DNA from: Octopus vulgaris
Lineage: Eukaryota
DNA: 64,000 bases
NCBI GenBank assembly: GCA_951406725.2
Contig: OX597819.1
Coordinates: 94,798,001-94,862,000 of the forward strand
Direction of reading: 5' to 3'
Positions 1 to 11,834 of this stretch are shown here, piece after piece. Under the pieces are notes generated by a model, which did no database searches, had not been told where the DNA came from, and saw only the letters and a list, made by a program, of their open reading frames with translations. Made by a program: the position numbers and the translations under genes. Within the stretch, counting starts at the first letter, position 1. Each line of letters opens with the position of its first letter.

Positions 1-129
1 ATTTTTGTTTTTATTTTGCACACAGACACATATATAAAATACACTTTAAATTGAAATAAAGTTTCCCCAAAATTAAACGTATCTAATATAATATATGTGA
101 ATGTCAGTGTGTCATACTTTTTCAACTTT

Positions 130-338
130 ATCCTTTCTACTGGAAGCACAAAGCTTCAAATTTTGGGGGAAGGGATTAAGTCAATTACATCAACCCCAGT
201 ATGTAGCTGGTACTAATTTTATTGACTCCGGAAGAATGAAAGGCAAAGTCAACCTCGGCTGAATTTGATCTCAAAACCTAAAGACAGACAAAATACTGCT
301 AAGCATTTCGCTCGGTGTGCTAACAATTCTGCCAGCTT
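130..338 (-). mobile_element. SINE (family beginning GAGCTGGCAGAATCGTTAGCA), degenerate
   Basis: Reverse complement of the better-preserved copy at 60929-61153; further copies near 12720, 20940, 43050, 50640 (+) and 58275-58470 (-). Confidence 0.75.
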
Positions 339-918
339 GTTAGGGTTGACAACATGTACACAGAAGAATTCAAAGTAGAGGTTGGGGTCCACCAGGGTTC
401 AGTACTCAGCCCCCTCCTATTTATCATAGTCCTCCAGGCAATTACGGAGGAATTCAAGACAGGTTGCCCCTGGGAGCTCCTCTATGCTGACGACCTTGCT
501 CTAATTGCTGAGTCATTATCAGAACTGGAGAAGTTCCAGGTGTGGAAGGAGGGTTTAGAATCGAGGGGCCTTAGAGTCAACCTAGCTAAAACCAAAGTAC
601 TAATAAGTAGAAAGGTAGACAATCCACAAATGTCTTCAGGAAGATGGCCCTGCTCGATCTGTAGAAAAGGTGTAGGTAGAAACTCTATAAGATGTACCCA
701 GTGTAAGCTATGGACACATAAGAGGTGCAGCAATGTCAAAGGAAGGCTATCTGGGAAGATAGTTTTTGTATGTGGCAGATGCTCGGGAGCATTAAACTCT
801 GAAAATCTGCAGAAAACAACTTCCGTCACTTTCCAGGGGGAAAAACTAGAAGTAGTTGATAGCTTCGGTTATCTAGGTGACCAAGTCAGTAGTGGGGGTG
901 GGTGCGTTGAAAGTGTAA
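339..918 (+). mobile_element. RTE LINE internal fragment (RT motifs QGS/YADD plus PHD-like finger)
   Basis: ORF 354-935 is nearly identical to the corresponding part of ORF 30121-33222 (a few substitutions and one codon deletion). Confidence 0.95.
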
Positions 919-997
919 GCTGCCCAGTAGAGTGACTTTTAAGCTAGTATATGTCCAGCCCATGCCAGAATGGAATGTGGACAATGTGATGATGATG

Positions 998-1030
<33 letters not shown>

Positions 1031-1524
1031 GTATGTATGTGTGAGTGTGTGTATGTTTGACTCCTTGTCTTGACATATGATTGTTGTAAATATGTGTTAC
1101 TGCTATGCAAGCAGTGTCATTCATTTTCAGTATTCTCTGAAAGAATATCTGGCTACAGGAAAGTATTACCTTGCTTTGAAACAAGTTAGGATTAGACAGG
1201 AAGGGCATCTTACTATAGAAAACCTGCTTCAATACTTTCCATCCGACCCTTGAAAGCAAAAAAGGGTATGTTACGCTGACGATGATTTGCTTGAGGATAT
1301 ATTTTGAAGATTTAACTTTATTACTAATGGTTGTAACAATTTTAACAACTTTTGAATATATTTTCAGTTGTGCTTTGTATCTGTTCATATGTTTGAGCTT
1401 TAATAATTGTTATTAATATATTAACCATCTTTTAACAACTTTAGTAGGCTTTGTATATTTATTTTAACTAGATCATTACTCTCACACCTGGGATGGTGTT
1501 ACCACCATATAAGCAAACATTATT

Positions 1525-1712
1525 GACCATCATCATCATCATTATTTAACGTCTGCTTTCCATGCTGGCGTAGGTTGGACGATTTGACTGAGGACTGGTG
1601 AACCAGATGGCTACACCAGGCTCCAATCTGATCTGGCAGAGTTTTTATAGCTGAATGCCTTTCCTAACGCCAACCACTCTGAGAGTGTAGTGGGTGCTTT
1701 TATGTGCCACCG
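1525..1712 (-). mobile_element. RTE LINE 3' end fragment with (GAT)n tail
   Basis: Matches 29281-29470; similar fragments at 21665-21925 and 56560-56830. Confidence 0.8.
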
Positions 1713-1999
1713 GCAACTGATTGACATGTTGTCATTTACCAATACACTTCAACCATTGTCTCACAAATTTACTTGTCTCTTCATTCTTCTTATTCCTGCT
1801 ACAGTGGTCTCTGTTTCTTGGAGATGGTTTGTCTTGTGTCACCTTTGCCCAGGCTCATCCAATTCACTTGTTTCTCCTCTCATCACCCATATTATGTCTA
1901 CTTACCCACCTACATTAATTGCTACATTTATCCTTCCTTCATAAGATCATCGTCATATGTTTTCCCCGCAGTCATTGATTTGTAGATGACTGCATTGTA

Positions 2000-2410
2000 G
2001 GCACAGGTGTGGCTGTGTGATTAAGAAGTTTCCTTTCCATCTGCATGGTTTCAGGTTCATTATTGCTGTGTGGCACTTTGGGCAAGTGTCTTCTACTATA
2101 GCCTCAGGCTAATCAAAACCTTGTAAGTGGATTTAGTTGATGGAAACTGAAAAAAGCTCATCATATATACGTATGTCTGTATGTGTGTGAATGTTTGTGT
2201 CCCCCTTGTCTTGACATTGCATAACTGTTACAAATGAATATCACTCATTTCCAGTATTCTGCAAGTACATGTCTAGCCATGGGGAAGTAATACCTTGCTT
2301 GGAAACAGGAAAGGGTTGGCAACAGGAAAGGCATCCAACCAAAGAAAATCTCCCTCAATAAACTCTGTCTGATCCATGCAAGCATGGAAAACTGGGATTT
2401 AAAATGATGA
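2000..2410 (+). mobile_element. tRNA-derived SINE with RTE-like 3' tail
   Basis: Head GGCACAGGTGTGGCTGTGTG with B-box-like GGTTCA and core TTGGGCAAGTGTCTTCTACTATAGCC; tail AGGAAAGGCATCC...CCATGCAAGCATGG...ATGATGA resembles the RTE 3' end. Related copies at ~1030-1285, 13225-13537 (-), 18420-18665, 35925-36282 and 57640-58033 (-). Confidence 0.75.
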
Positions 2411-2504
2411 CAAGACATCACTCTCACCAGTCTTGGAAGGTTTGTTAAGGCCATAGACAAAGATCTTCTAGAGCAAATCATTTGAAATCATTGGGAAAAA
2501 ATAC

Positions 2505-2740
2505 TATCTACTTATTTTAATTGATTCTACATACTGTTTCAATTGTCTCTTGTATATTATTTTATTTGGCCTATGTATACTATATGCAGTATAATTGGTC
2601 CCAGTATACTTAATTGACTCATATATTTTTTTAATTGGCTCTATACACTATTTTAATTTTCCTTCATATTCTTATTTTAGTTGGCCCCTGTGTACTTATT
2701 TTAATTATCTCTTATATAGTTATTTTAATTGTTCACTCTT
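2505..2740. repeat. Degenerate ~25-bp minisatellite (TATTTTAATTG core)
   Basis: Recurring (ct)tattttaattg units at roughly 24-26 bp spacing. Confidence 0.5.
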
Positions 2741-4098
2741 TCAAATATATTGTTTTTCTTTATTAGAAACAACTCCTATACTTTTAGGGAAGGCAGTTGA
2801 GAAGCTGTGATATTCATGTCTTTTTCAGGGATATGAGTGAAGTAAAATAGTTCTAACTAGAGATTAGAACTATAAAATTTGCTTTGATTGTATAGATTTT
2901 GCTACATCTTGATAAAGCCATATATGTAAGCGTTTATCATTTTAAATATATAAATTGATTAAATTTATATGAAATTATGTCATCAGTTATATTAGCATAA
3001 TATTTATTCTCAGTACTAATAACTGAGTTAATCTATACAAATTTATTTAACCCTACTAAATGTTGACAGTCAGGGCAAAAAGTCCCCAGACATTTCAAAC
3101 ATTTTGTATGATGATGTTTTAATTAACTGGATTTTTTATTTCTCTGAAAATAATAGTATAATCCTTTGTTGTCTGTTGGTAACATATTGCTTAGATGCAT
3201 AATTAGTTTCAAATTGACTACTTAATTAATCCATGGACTTATAAGCCAGCTTTCACTTGTTATTTTAATTAGTAATGCTTTCATTTCTATGAGGATTTAG
3301 AATAACTAAACAATTTTCCTTACATTTTTTCTCCTACATTGGGTGGGTTGATTAGTTCTACAAAGTCAGACACCTGCACAAAATGTTAATTCAGGCTATA
3401 GCAGTGTTGACACTCTGGTGAAATAGCTTCAACATTCATTGAATCGTAGTCCTATAAAACCAATTAATCAATCATCATATTTTGCTTCTAAGTTTTAAAA
3501 GACGTTAACAAACAAAATTAACTGTGTAAAAAAAATGGAATATGAGAATAGCAAGTATGACTTTAATGGAATAGAGGAATATCAAACCTAATTCATATGC
3601 AAAGAATAGCATAGACGGACTTCTTTAGGACAGTAGTTTATAGGTTGCATAAACATTCTTAGTTTATACTCTCAATAAAGGCAATTATTTTGAAAGGATA
3701 AAAACTTATTGTTGTTTTATAGATAATGCTATGATGACCATGCATAAGTAATTGGAGGTATATATCTATGAGTAATCAACGTTATCGGTCTTTCCACAGA
3801 AATACAATAAAATACTGCATTGAGTTATATAGCTATGTGGTTGAGAAGTTTGTTTTCCAACCATGTAGTTTTGCATTCAGTCCCACTGTGTGATACTTTA
3901 GACAAGTATCTTCTATTTTAGTCCCAGGTCAACCAAAGCTTTGTGAATTTGGAAAATAGAAGCTGAAAGAAGACTGTCATATGTCTCTTCCAACATACTT
4001 GCCTGCCTGCTTGCCCATCTGAACACCTACCTATATACACACACATGCACGCACATATAATGCACCCACACACACACCTAAATGTGTGTGTGCGTGTA

Positions 4099-4101
<3 letters not shown>

Positions 4102-4176
<75 letters not shown>

Positions 4177-4209
4177 TAGATAGATAGATAGATAGATAAT
4201 AATAATAGT
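4102..4209. repeat. Compound microsatellite (TA)n(GATA)n(AAT)n
   Basis: Directly visible; many other (TA)n, (CA)n and (TAA)n tracts occur in the window. Confidence 0.95.
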
Positions 4210-4286
4210 AGGGAATATAATTCCAAGACTTACAGGGAAAAATTCAATTTAACAATTTTAAATCAAATTTTACAATATATAATATA

Positions 4287-4574
4287 TGTATATAATTTAG
4301 AGAAAAACCTCTATCAAACAATTCAATAAAGAAAGATGTTATTCACACCATATAGAAAACATATACTATAAAAAAACTTTATTCTAAAATTCAATAAAGT
4401 ACAATAAATAGTAAATAATAAATAGTAGCAAAAATACTACATGCATTATATTACTATTTATTATACTTTATTGATTTTTAGAATAAGGTTTTTTATAGTA
4501 TATGTTTTTCTATATGGTGTGTATAACATCTTTATTGAATTGTTTAATAGAGGTTTTTCTCTAAATTATATACA
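4287..4574. repeat. Long imperfect inverted repeat (foldback), ~125-bp arms
   Basis: TGTATATAATTTAGAGAAAAACCTCTAT...AATAAATAGTAA (4287-4414) is the reverse complement of TTACTATTTATT...ATAGAGGTTTTTCTCTAAATTATATACA (4451-4574). Confidence 0.85.
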
Positions 4575-4924
4575 TGCATATTTATATAAGGAGAGAGGGA
4601 GACACACACACTCACACACAAATACACATGTATGTGTACATGTGTGTTGGTTTACAACTGCAATTGTTTGTACAGAAGTTGCACTGGATGATGGTGTTGT
4701 CTGGTCTACTGTCAACAGATCATCCAGTCACTAAGCTTCATCTTCTCAAATCATAAGTACAATCTGCATTAGAGTCTTGCTTACGTATCTGAGACTAAGC
4801 ATCTGCTTACATGCATATGCATTTAGATTACAACCAAAACTGAAGGCCAAGATTGATTAGCAAATAATTATTCGCTCTGTATATGTATAACTTAGTTTCC
4901 CTAGCTGAATCTTTTGTGTAAGTG

Positions 4925-5380
4925 GCTATGTTTGAGATGCCGACAAGGAATATACCATATGGTATACCTAATGGAAACTATGGGTGCACAAGTGCAGTGG
5001 GATCACAAACAGGATGACAGAGAAGAAAGAATTTTTATGTAATAGGTGCACAGGAATGATTAACAACAAGAGCCCTCATAAAATAAATTCTTTCAAATGC
5101 TCAGAAAATTCCTCAGAAGTAGTTGATAGCTTCTTTTACTTAGGTGACCTAATTAACAGTGGAAGTTGTTCCAAATGCATCATAACTAGAGTAAAAATGG
5201 GGTGGAAATTGTTCAGGAAGCTATTACATCTACTGGCAACAAAGAGATGCTTTCTCTGAATGGAGAGTAGATTATATGTTGCATGTACATGAATTGCGAT
5301 GTCGCATGGTAGTGAATATGATGGTGGGTGTTTTGAAGATTGGAAAGAAATGAAGCAAGTATTTTCTGCTGGATGTGTAA
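4925..5380 (+). mobile_element. Old RTE LINE fragment
   Basis: HKCSG...CNRC...EVVDSFFYLGD...GWKLFRKLL is homologous to the C-terminal part of ORF 30121-33222. Confidence 0.8.
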
Positions 5381-5944
5381 TGATAATGTGCATGATGATA
5401 ATGATGGCAGCAGTAGTTGTAGCAGTGACAGTGATGATAATGAGGATGATGATGATGATGCAATCATTAACTCCTTGCAATGCTGTGTTCTCTCTCTTCT
5501 ACTGTCACTACAATTGTTCATATTCCAGCGTATACAGACCCCTACCCCTATTGACAAGTTATTACTTTCTTCTCATAATCTCTCCTATGCTCTCATCCCT
5601 TATTAACATTTCACCAATCATTACTCTTCAGAACTACATTCACTAAAACTCGCCTATAAGGATCCGTCAGCAAATCATCACCATCCACACAAGTGTCACC
5701 AGACTGGGAAGCTTATTGGCACTGCTCATCCTACATGGACTAAATAATAATAATAATAATAATAATAATAGTAATAATAATAATAATAATAATTCATTTT
5801 CTTTTCTTTTTGTCTCTCCCTGAGGATTCAGAAATGTAAACATCCTTTTCATTGCAAAAGTACTACTGTATTTTCCAATTGAACAGGCAAATGAACATCT
5901 CAAGAAAAGTTAAAAACTTTAATATATTATCCAAATACATAAAC

Positions 5945-8195
5945 ATACCAAAACAGGCAGAACTAGTCATTTCAGTAAGGGAAGTGAAGGAAATCAGCTA
6001 AAAAATGAGCAACTGGAAGGCCCTGGGACCAGATGGAGTTTAAGGCTACTGGATCAAAAGATTTGGTGAATGTCTTGCACGAATAGCTGTGCAACTCAAC
6101 ATTTTGTTAAATACTGACCAAGTAACACCAGAGTGGTTGGCATTGGGTAGGACAGTGCTTTACTTGAAAAACATCGAAAAAGGCAATACGGTAGACAATT
6201 ACAGGCTGATTGACTGGAATACTCGCAGAGTCAATGTATGAACATCTGGAAAAAAATGGAGTCCTGCCACATGAGCAGAAGGGTTACAAGCATAAGTGCA
6301 GAGGTATCAAGGATCAACTCCTGATAGACAAAACTGTACTTAGAGACTGAAAGAGGAGGAAAAGTAACTTAGCCATGTTATGGATTGTAAGGCACACAAT
6401 ATGATCCCACATTCTTGGATTATGGAATGTATAAACCTATTTGGTATTGCATCAAATGTTGAGTGATTGCTTGGAAAAAGTATGGCAGATTGGAGGACGG
6501 ATCTGACAGCAAATGGAAGAAGTTTAGGGACAGTAGAAATCAGGAGGGACATCTTCCAAGGGGACTGCCTGTCTCCACTGATCTTTGTACTGTGCTTTAT
6601 ACCACTAACACTGATTCTGAGAAAAGCAAAAGTTGGGTATGTATTCATAAGCTGCCAACAAAACGTCAACCATTTGTTATTCATGGTAAAGATGAAGCCC
6701 AAGTCAGTTCCCTCATTGATACGGTGTATACCTTCAGTGCTGATTTCAGAATGGAGTTCAAACTGAGAAAGTGTTGTGTGTTAGTCTTGAAGAGAGGAAA
6801 AGTAAAATGTATGGACAGGCTAACGATACCGTCGGGGGAGGTTATGAAGCAGATAGAAGAGATGGGCTATAAGTATTTGGGGATTTTTGGAAATGGATAA
6901 ATTAATGGAGAGAGAAATGACAAAAAAATTCAAGGTGGAGTACTTGCGCAGACTGAGACTGATCCTTAAGTTGAAATTAAACAGACGGAATAAGATTGAA
7001 GCTATCAACACCTGGGTGGTTTCACTCCCTAGATATGGATTAGGGGTAATGGACAGTAGACAAACTAAACAGCTTAGACAGAAAGACAAGTAAGTTGCTA
7101 ATTAGATATGGGACACTCCACCCAAAAAGTGACACAGACAGACTATATGTACCAAGAAAAAGAGGGGGAAGAGGACTTATTGGATGCGAACACAGCATTA
7201 AAGCAGAAGAAAACAACATAGCAAGGAATTTTTAAAATGCCACAGAACTACTATTAGAAGTAAGAAGGCCAGGCTTGTGTAGGATGAATGATTGCAAAGA
7301 TAAGGCACTGTACAAGCAATTGAAAATGAATGAAACTGAAAATAGGTGGGTAAAGAAAAGAATGCATGGTCAATATCATAGGGAAGTTGAAGATAAGACA
7401 GACAGAGAAAGAAGATGGCTGTGGATGACTAAAAGTGATTTAAAACCGGAAATGGAAGCTCTAATCTGTGCTGCCCAAGATCAAGCACTAAGGACAAACT
7501 ACATAAAATACAGAATGGACAACACATCAGAAAGTGATAAGTGCAGAATCTGTGAACAAAATGGTGAAACCGTATGGCATATTACCAGCCAATGTACGCC
7601 ACTAGCCCAGAAGGAATATAAGAGATGCCATGACAATATAGCCAGGCTTGTCCATTGGACACTTTGCAACAAGTATGGACTTGACAGAGCAAAAAATTGG
7701 TACGACTACAAATCTGAAGGCTTCAATGAAAATAAAAATGCAAAGATCCTGTGGGATTTTATGATTCAGTGCAACCATGAGATAGAGAATAGGGAGCCAG
7801 ACATAGTCTTAATTGAGAAAGAAAACAAACTATGCTGGATGATATAGCATGCCCAGCAGACAACAGGGTATGTGATAAGGAAGGAAGAAAGAAAAGTCAA
7901 GAGATATGACAGGTTAGCTTGGGAAGTTAAGCAGTTGTGATTGATGAAAAGGGTGGTAGTATCACCAATAATTATTGGAGCCCTGGGAACAGTGAGCAAA
8001 AATCTCAAGAAGTACATGGAGCAAATAGGGGCTGCAATAAGGGTGGAGCACTTGCAGAAGGCAGCACTGCTTGGAACCGCTCGAATACTCCGGAAGGTGC
8101 TCGAAAAATAAGAGGTGTTACTTTAATTCACTGGTAGTGAACAGCTGATGCCATAGTACATCTCCAGCATTAGAAGCTGTGCAAAGGCAATAAAA
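5945..8195 (+). mobile_element. 5'-truncated, degenerate R4/Dong-like non-LTR element (RT plus CCHC plus restriction-like endonuclease)
   Basis: Pieces WKALGPDGV*GYWIK, IFQGDCLSPLIF, YKYLG, CRIC-x8-H-x4-C, REPDIV, IIGALGTV and LQKAALLGTARILRKVLEK*; multiple stops and frameshifts. Confidence 0.85.
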
Positions 8196-9224
8196 AATGT
8201 TAAAATCTAGGCAGTCAAATTGAAGATTTGGTAATCATTTAAAATATCAGTTACTCCATATGGTTGTTTTTAGATCATAAGATATCATTTGCCTATTGCT
8301 TGTTATTATCCTTAATATAATTTTTCCATATAGATGGATATGTTTGGCTACTACTGCTACATGTATATTTTGAACTAAAACCTTTATACTTGGAGCAAAC
8401 AATAATATGTGTTTGTTAACCTTAGTGGCTTGCTTTCAGCTGACTAAAATTTGTTTTTAATTACTGAATCTGAGCTTATTTTCTTTTATGATTTTCAAAA
8501 TAAACATTTACTTCTTCACTTAGAATGAGGAAGCTTGCTTCACTCATTAATGATAGCAGCCAAATTTCCTTCAAGTCACACTAATTATCATGAAACACAA
8601 AAGAAAATTGGATAGTGTCAATCTAGATATTCTATGTTTGCTAAAAAAAGATGAGATGGTCACAACTGAAACGCTTATCGTAAGTCTGTGCTAGCAGAGC
8701 TGACCTGAAACTTAAAAGCAACTAAGATTTTCAGCCCTTTGTGTACACAATTTATTCATTTTTATACAAATCCAACTAATATAAATAGAATGTTTTAGTA
8801 ATAGTATAACATTTACTGTAATAAATGCATTTCTGTATATGCTTTGCAATTCTTATTTTAAGCATCGTTTTTAAATTATTCTCATTATTTTGCTGATAGC
8901 AATTAAACTTATGCTAAAACTTTTTAGAAGTCCTGTTTACCTGTTAAATGAATCTGAGACAGAAAAGTATTCATCTTCTTTTCATATTTTAAAATCATGA
9001 AAAAAGAGATGAATAGTTTTCTAAAAAGTAGTATTATGTCCCATATCATTGGTTGAGCATGTTTTCATATTTATTCAATCTAAGCATATTTTTTTTTAGT
9101 AGCGGCTGTTTCAGAGATCTCTGTGAATTGTTTTGGTCATACTACTGTTAAACATTTATGCTTTGTTTGTTTTTTTCGTTTTTTTTTCTGACAGCAAATT
9201 TCATTTCCTCTTTGTAATGGTTAG

Positions 9225-9343
9225 GTTTGGATCCCTTCCGGAAAACCCTGGGCCAGCTACGGTTACTAAATATTGCAGCCGCTGTTCAACACGACCTTAT
9301 CTCCTACAATGGACCATTGATTCCACATGATTTCATTGATAAG
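9225..9343 (+). CDS. TBRG4: Internal exon of FASTK-family RAP-domain protein (TBRG4/FASTKD4-like); donor may instead be at 9355
   Basis: ttag|GT acceptor; LDPFRKTLGQLRLLNIAAAVQHDLISYNGPLIPHDFIDK; two phase-0 AAG|GTG donor candidates, both in phase with the next exon. Upstream exons not identified. Confidence 0.65.
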
Positions 9344-9806
9344 GTGCACCTGAAGGTGAAATATAGCTTTCTATTTGCTGGTAGGGCTGTATGCACATAC
9401 ACACATATGTAAGCTCACACAAACTCAAACTCGCATTCATGCATACAAGTAAGACTACACACACTTTCACAAAAAGATGAGAGACAATAACAGAGGTTAT
9501 GGTGTTGGACTACTGATGGCATTGTCATTGAGTTGGCCCCATGATAGCCTGCTGATAGATAAATGGTTCTACTCCTATTTCATAGTCTAATGGTTTGTAC
9601 CATGAAGGGCATACAGTTTTAACAATGTTTTAACAACATGCAAATATAAAATTTCAAACCCTGTGCCATTAAGATTAACCTGGAAATGGTTGTAAAACAG
9701 TGAAAAGAAATCTGAAAACAAAACACAAACAAAAGAAAAGCACACATTTACACATGTATTCATTCATAATAATAGCTTTGTTTCATTTCATTTCTTATAT
9801 TTCCAG

Positions 9807-9924
9807 GCTCTCTCCCGTTCTCAACATGGTTTGGCTGTATCTGTAACAACTGCTCTTTCCAATTTTGCTCCCCTCAACAAATTTGTCAGGACAGATGTGA
9901 TAACACCATATGGTTATATACTTG
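9807..9924 (+). CDS. TBRG4: Exon of TBRG4/FASTKD4-like gene
   Basis: Polypyrimidine tract plus ttccag acceptor; ALSRSQHGLAVSVTTALSNFAPLNKFVRTDVITPYGYIL; phase-1 G|gtttgt donor joins to give TPYGYILDA. Confidence 0.75.
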
Positions 9925-10619
9925 GTTTGTAACTCTAACTTCTTTTTTATTCATAAATTCCAAGGATCTAAAATTTAATATACATTTTAAAAATATATTT
10001 TTATATATTTACTTTTTATCTCTCTATAGAAAGCAAGATTTTTACAGATGTATTCTTTATCAATCAAGTTCTGGTAACATTTGATAAAGCCAAATCCATT
10101 TGGTTCAACTTTTTCAGATAGTTGTGCCAACCAAGGTAAATTACAGAATTGAACAATGTTGACTGTTCATCTGTGAGGTGGTGGTGACATCCATTTCTAG
10201 ATTAATATACCTTGCCTGTATATGCAGTAGCAAGGTTTGAATAATAATTCAGGTCGCTTAACCATCAGCATAACAATCACTTTCCATCATCCATCTACAT
10301 TTATTTCCAATATAATGATTATCCAATTAAAGTTTTATTTTACTTGGGTCAGAATGGATACTTTATATTTTGTAGGTCAACTTCATTTCTTCAGAATTGA
10401 TAGATCAGTATTGGCAATTCCACTGAGAATGTATAATTATTACTGGAGTTCCCTCTTAATGACTAGCAGGAGAAGGAACTTTAAATTACCTTTAGACATT
10501 TAGCTGTTCAGTTCCATAAGCTACTGTAGTTAACATAACTATTTGAAAGAATTAAGTTGAACAGATTTGTTTTTAATCAGATGTTATCAGAGCTAGAGTA
10601 ATTAAATAGAAAGTAGATA

Positions 10620-11012
10620 GGTGCAGGAGTGGCTGTGTGGTAAGTAGCTTGCTTACCAACCACATGGTTCTGGGTTCAGTCCCACTGCATGGCACCTTGG
10701 GCAAATGTCTTCTACTATAGCCTTGGGCCGACCAAAGCCTTGTGAGTGGATTTGGTAGACGGAAACTGAAAGAAGCCCGTTGTATATATGTATGTATATA
10801 TATATGTATGTATGTGTACGTATATGTTTATATGTCTGTGTTTGTCCCCCAACATCGCTGGTGGGTTCACGTCCCCGTAACTTAATGGTTCGGCAAAAGA
10901 GACCTGTAGAATAAGTACTAGGCTTACAAAGAATAAGTCCTGGGGTTGATTTGTTTGACTAAAGGCGGTGCTCCAGCATGGCTGCAGTCAAATGACTGAA
11001 ACAAGTAAAAGA
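10620..11012 (+). mobile_element. Full-length tRNA-derived SINE (tail GCTCCAGCATGG...GACTGAAACAAGTAAAAGA)
   Basis: A-box-like TGGCTGTGTGG, B-box-like GGTTCAGTCC, core domain and internal TA/TG microsatellite; inverted copies at 11188-11480 and 50835-51227. Confidence 0.85.
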
Positions 11013-11187
11013 GATAATTCAGTTCTTTAGCAATGTTATGCATAATGATATGCATTCAAACTTTGAATAGTGTTGTGGCACAATTAGAGATTTAGATTAT
11101 TTCTTTGTTTAGCTGTTTCCCACACATTTACCAAATGAATTCCAAGGATTCACACTTCTGTTCATTTTCTTGAGTTTTTTTGATATT

Positions 11188-11480
11188 ACTCTTTTACTCT
11201 TACTTGTTTCAGTCATTTGACTGCAGCCATGCTGGAGCACTGCCTTTAGTCAAACAAATCGACCCTGGGACTTATTCTTTGGAAGCTTAGTACTTATTCT
11301 GTTGGTCTCTTTTGCAGAACTGCTAAGTTATGGGGGACGTAAACACACCACCATCACTTGTCAAGCAATGTTGGGAGAAAAAAAAACAGACACACAAACA
11401 TATACGCACACATACATATATACGATGGGCTTCTTTCAGTTTCCGTCTACTAAATCCACTCACAAGGCTTTGGTCGGCCT
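11188..11480 (-). mobile_element. 5'-truncated SINE, inverted relative to 10620-11012
   Basis: Reverse complement of ~10722-11012. Confidence 0.85.
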
Positions 11481-11749
11481 TGTAACTTATTCCAATTGTT
11501 GGCTGCTGTCTTAGAATAACTAAATAATCTCCTTTTTCTGTAGCCAAATTAATCTATCTAAACAATGCAAACATGGCAAAATTATTTTAATGATAATAAC
11601 TACTAAGCAAAAAGCAAATATGATCTAAACTAGTTTTAAAAAGAAAAATAGTCAATTATTATGTCTGATATTGTCACAGTTCTGCTTTTCTGCTATCTTC
11701 TTTCTACCCTTCTCTAATTATTAATAATGTTAATTTATATTTTCTTCAG

Positions 11750-11834
11750 ATGCTGTACTATTTGTTGATAAGAAAGGTGAACCCCTTGTATATGATGAGC
11801 ATTATGGGCATGAGCCAAAACCAGGTGTTAATCG
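11750..11834 (+). CDS. TBRG4: Exon of TBRG4/FASTKD4-like gene
   Basis: tttcttcag acceptor; (D)AVLFVDKKGEPLVYDEHYGHEPKPGVN(R); CG|gtaagt donor; phases 1 and 2 match the neighbours. Confidence 0.8.

Noticed and set aside
1-9200. Upstream exons of the TBRG4-like gene (candidates near 2766-2810 and 4670-4750)
   Set aside because: No candidate had both splice sites, an open frame and recognisable FAST-domain similarity.
10620-10700. tRNA gene
   Set aside because: The A/B boxes belong to SINE heads that continue into core and tail sequence; no convincing cloverleaf.
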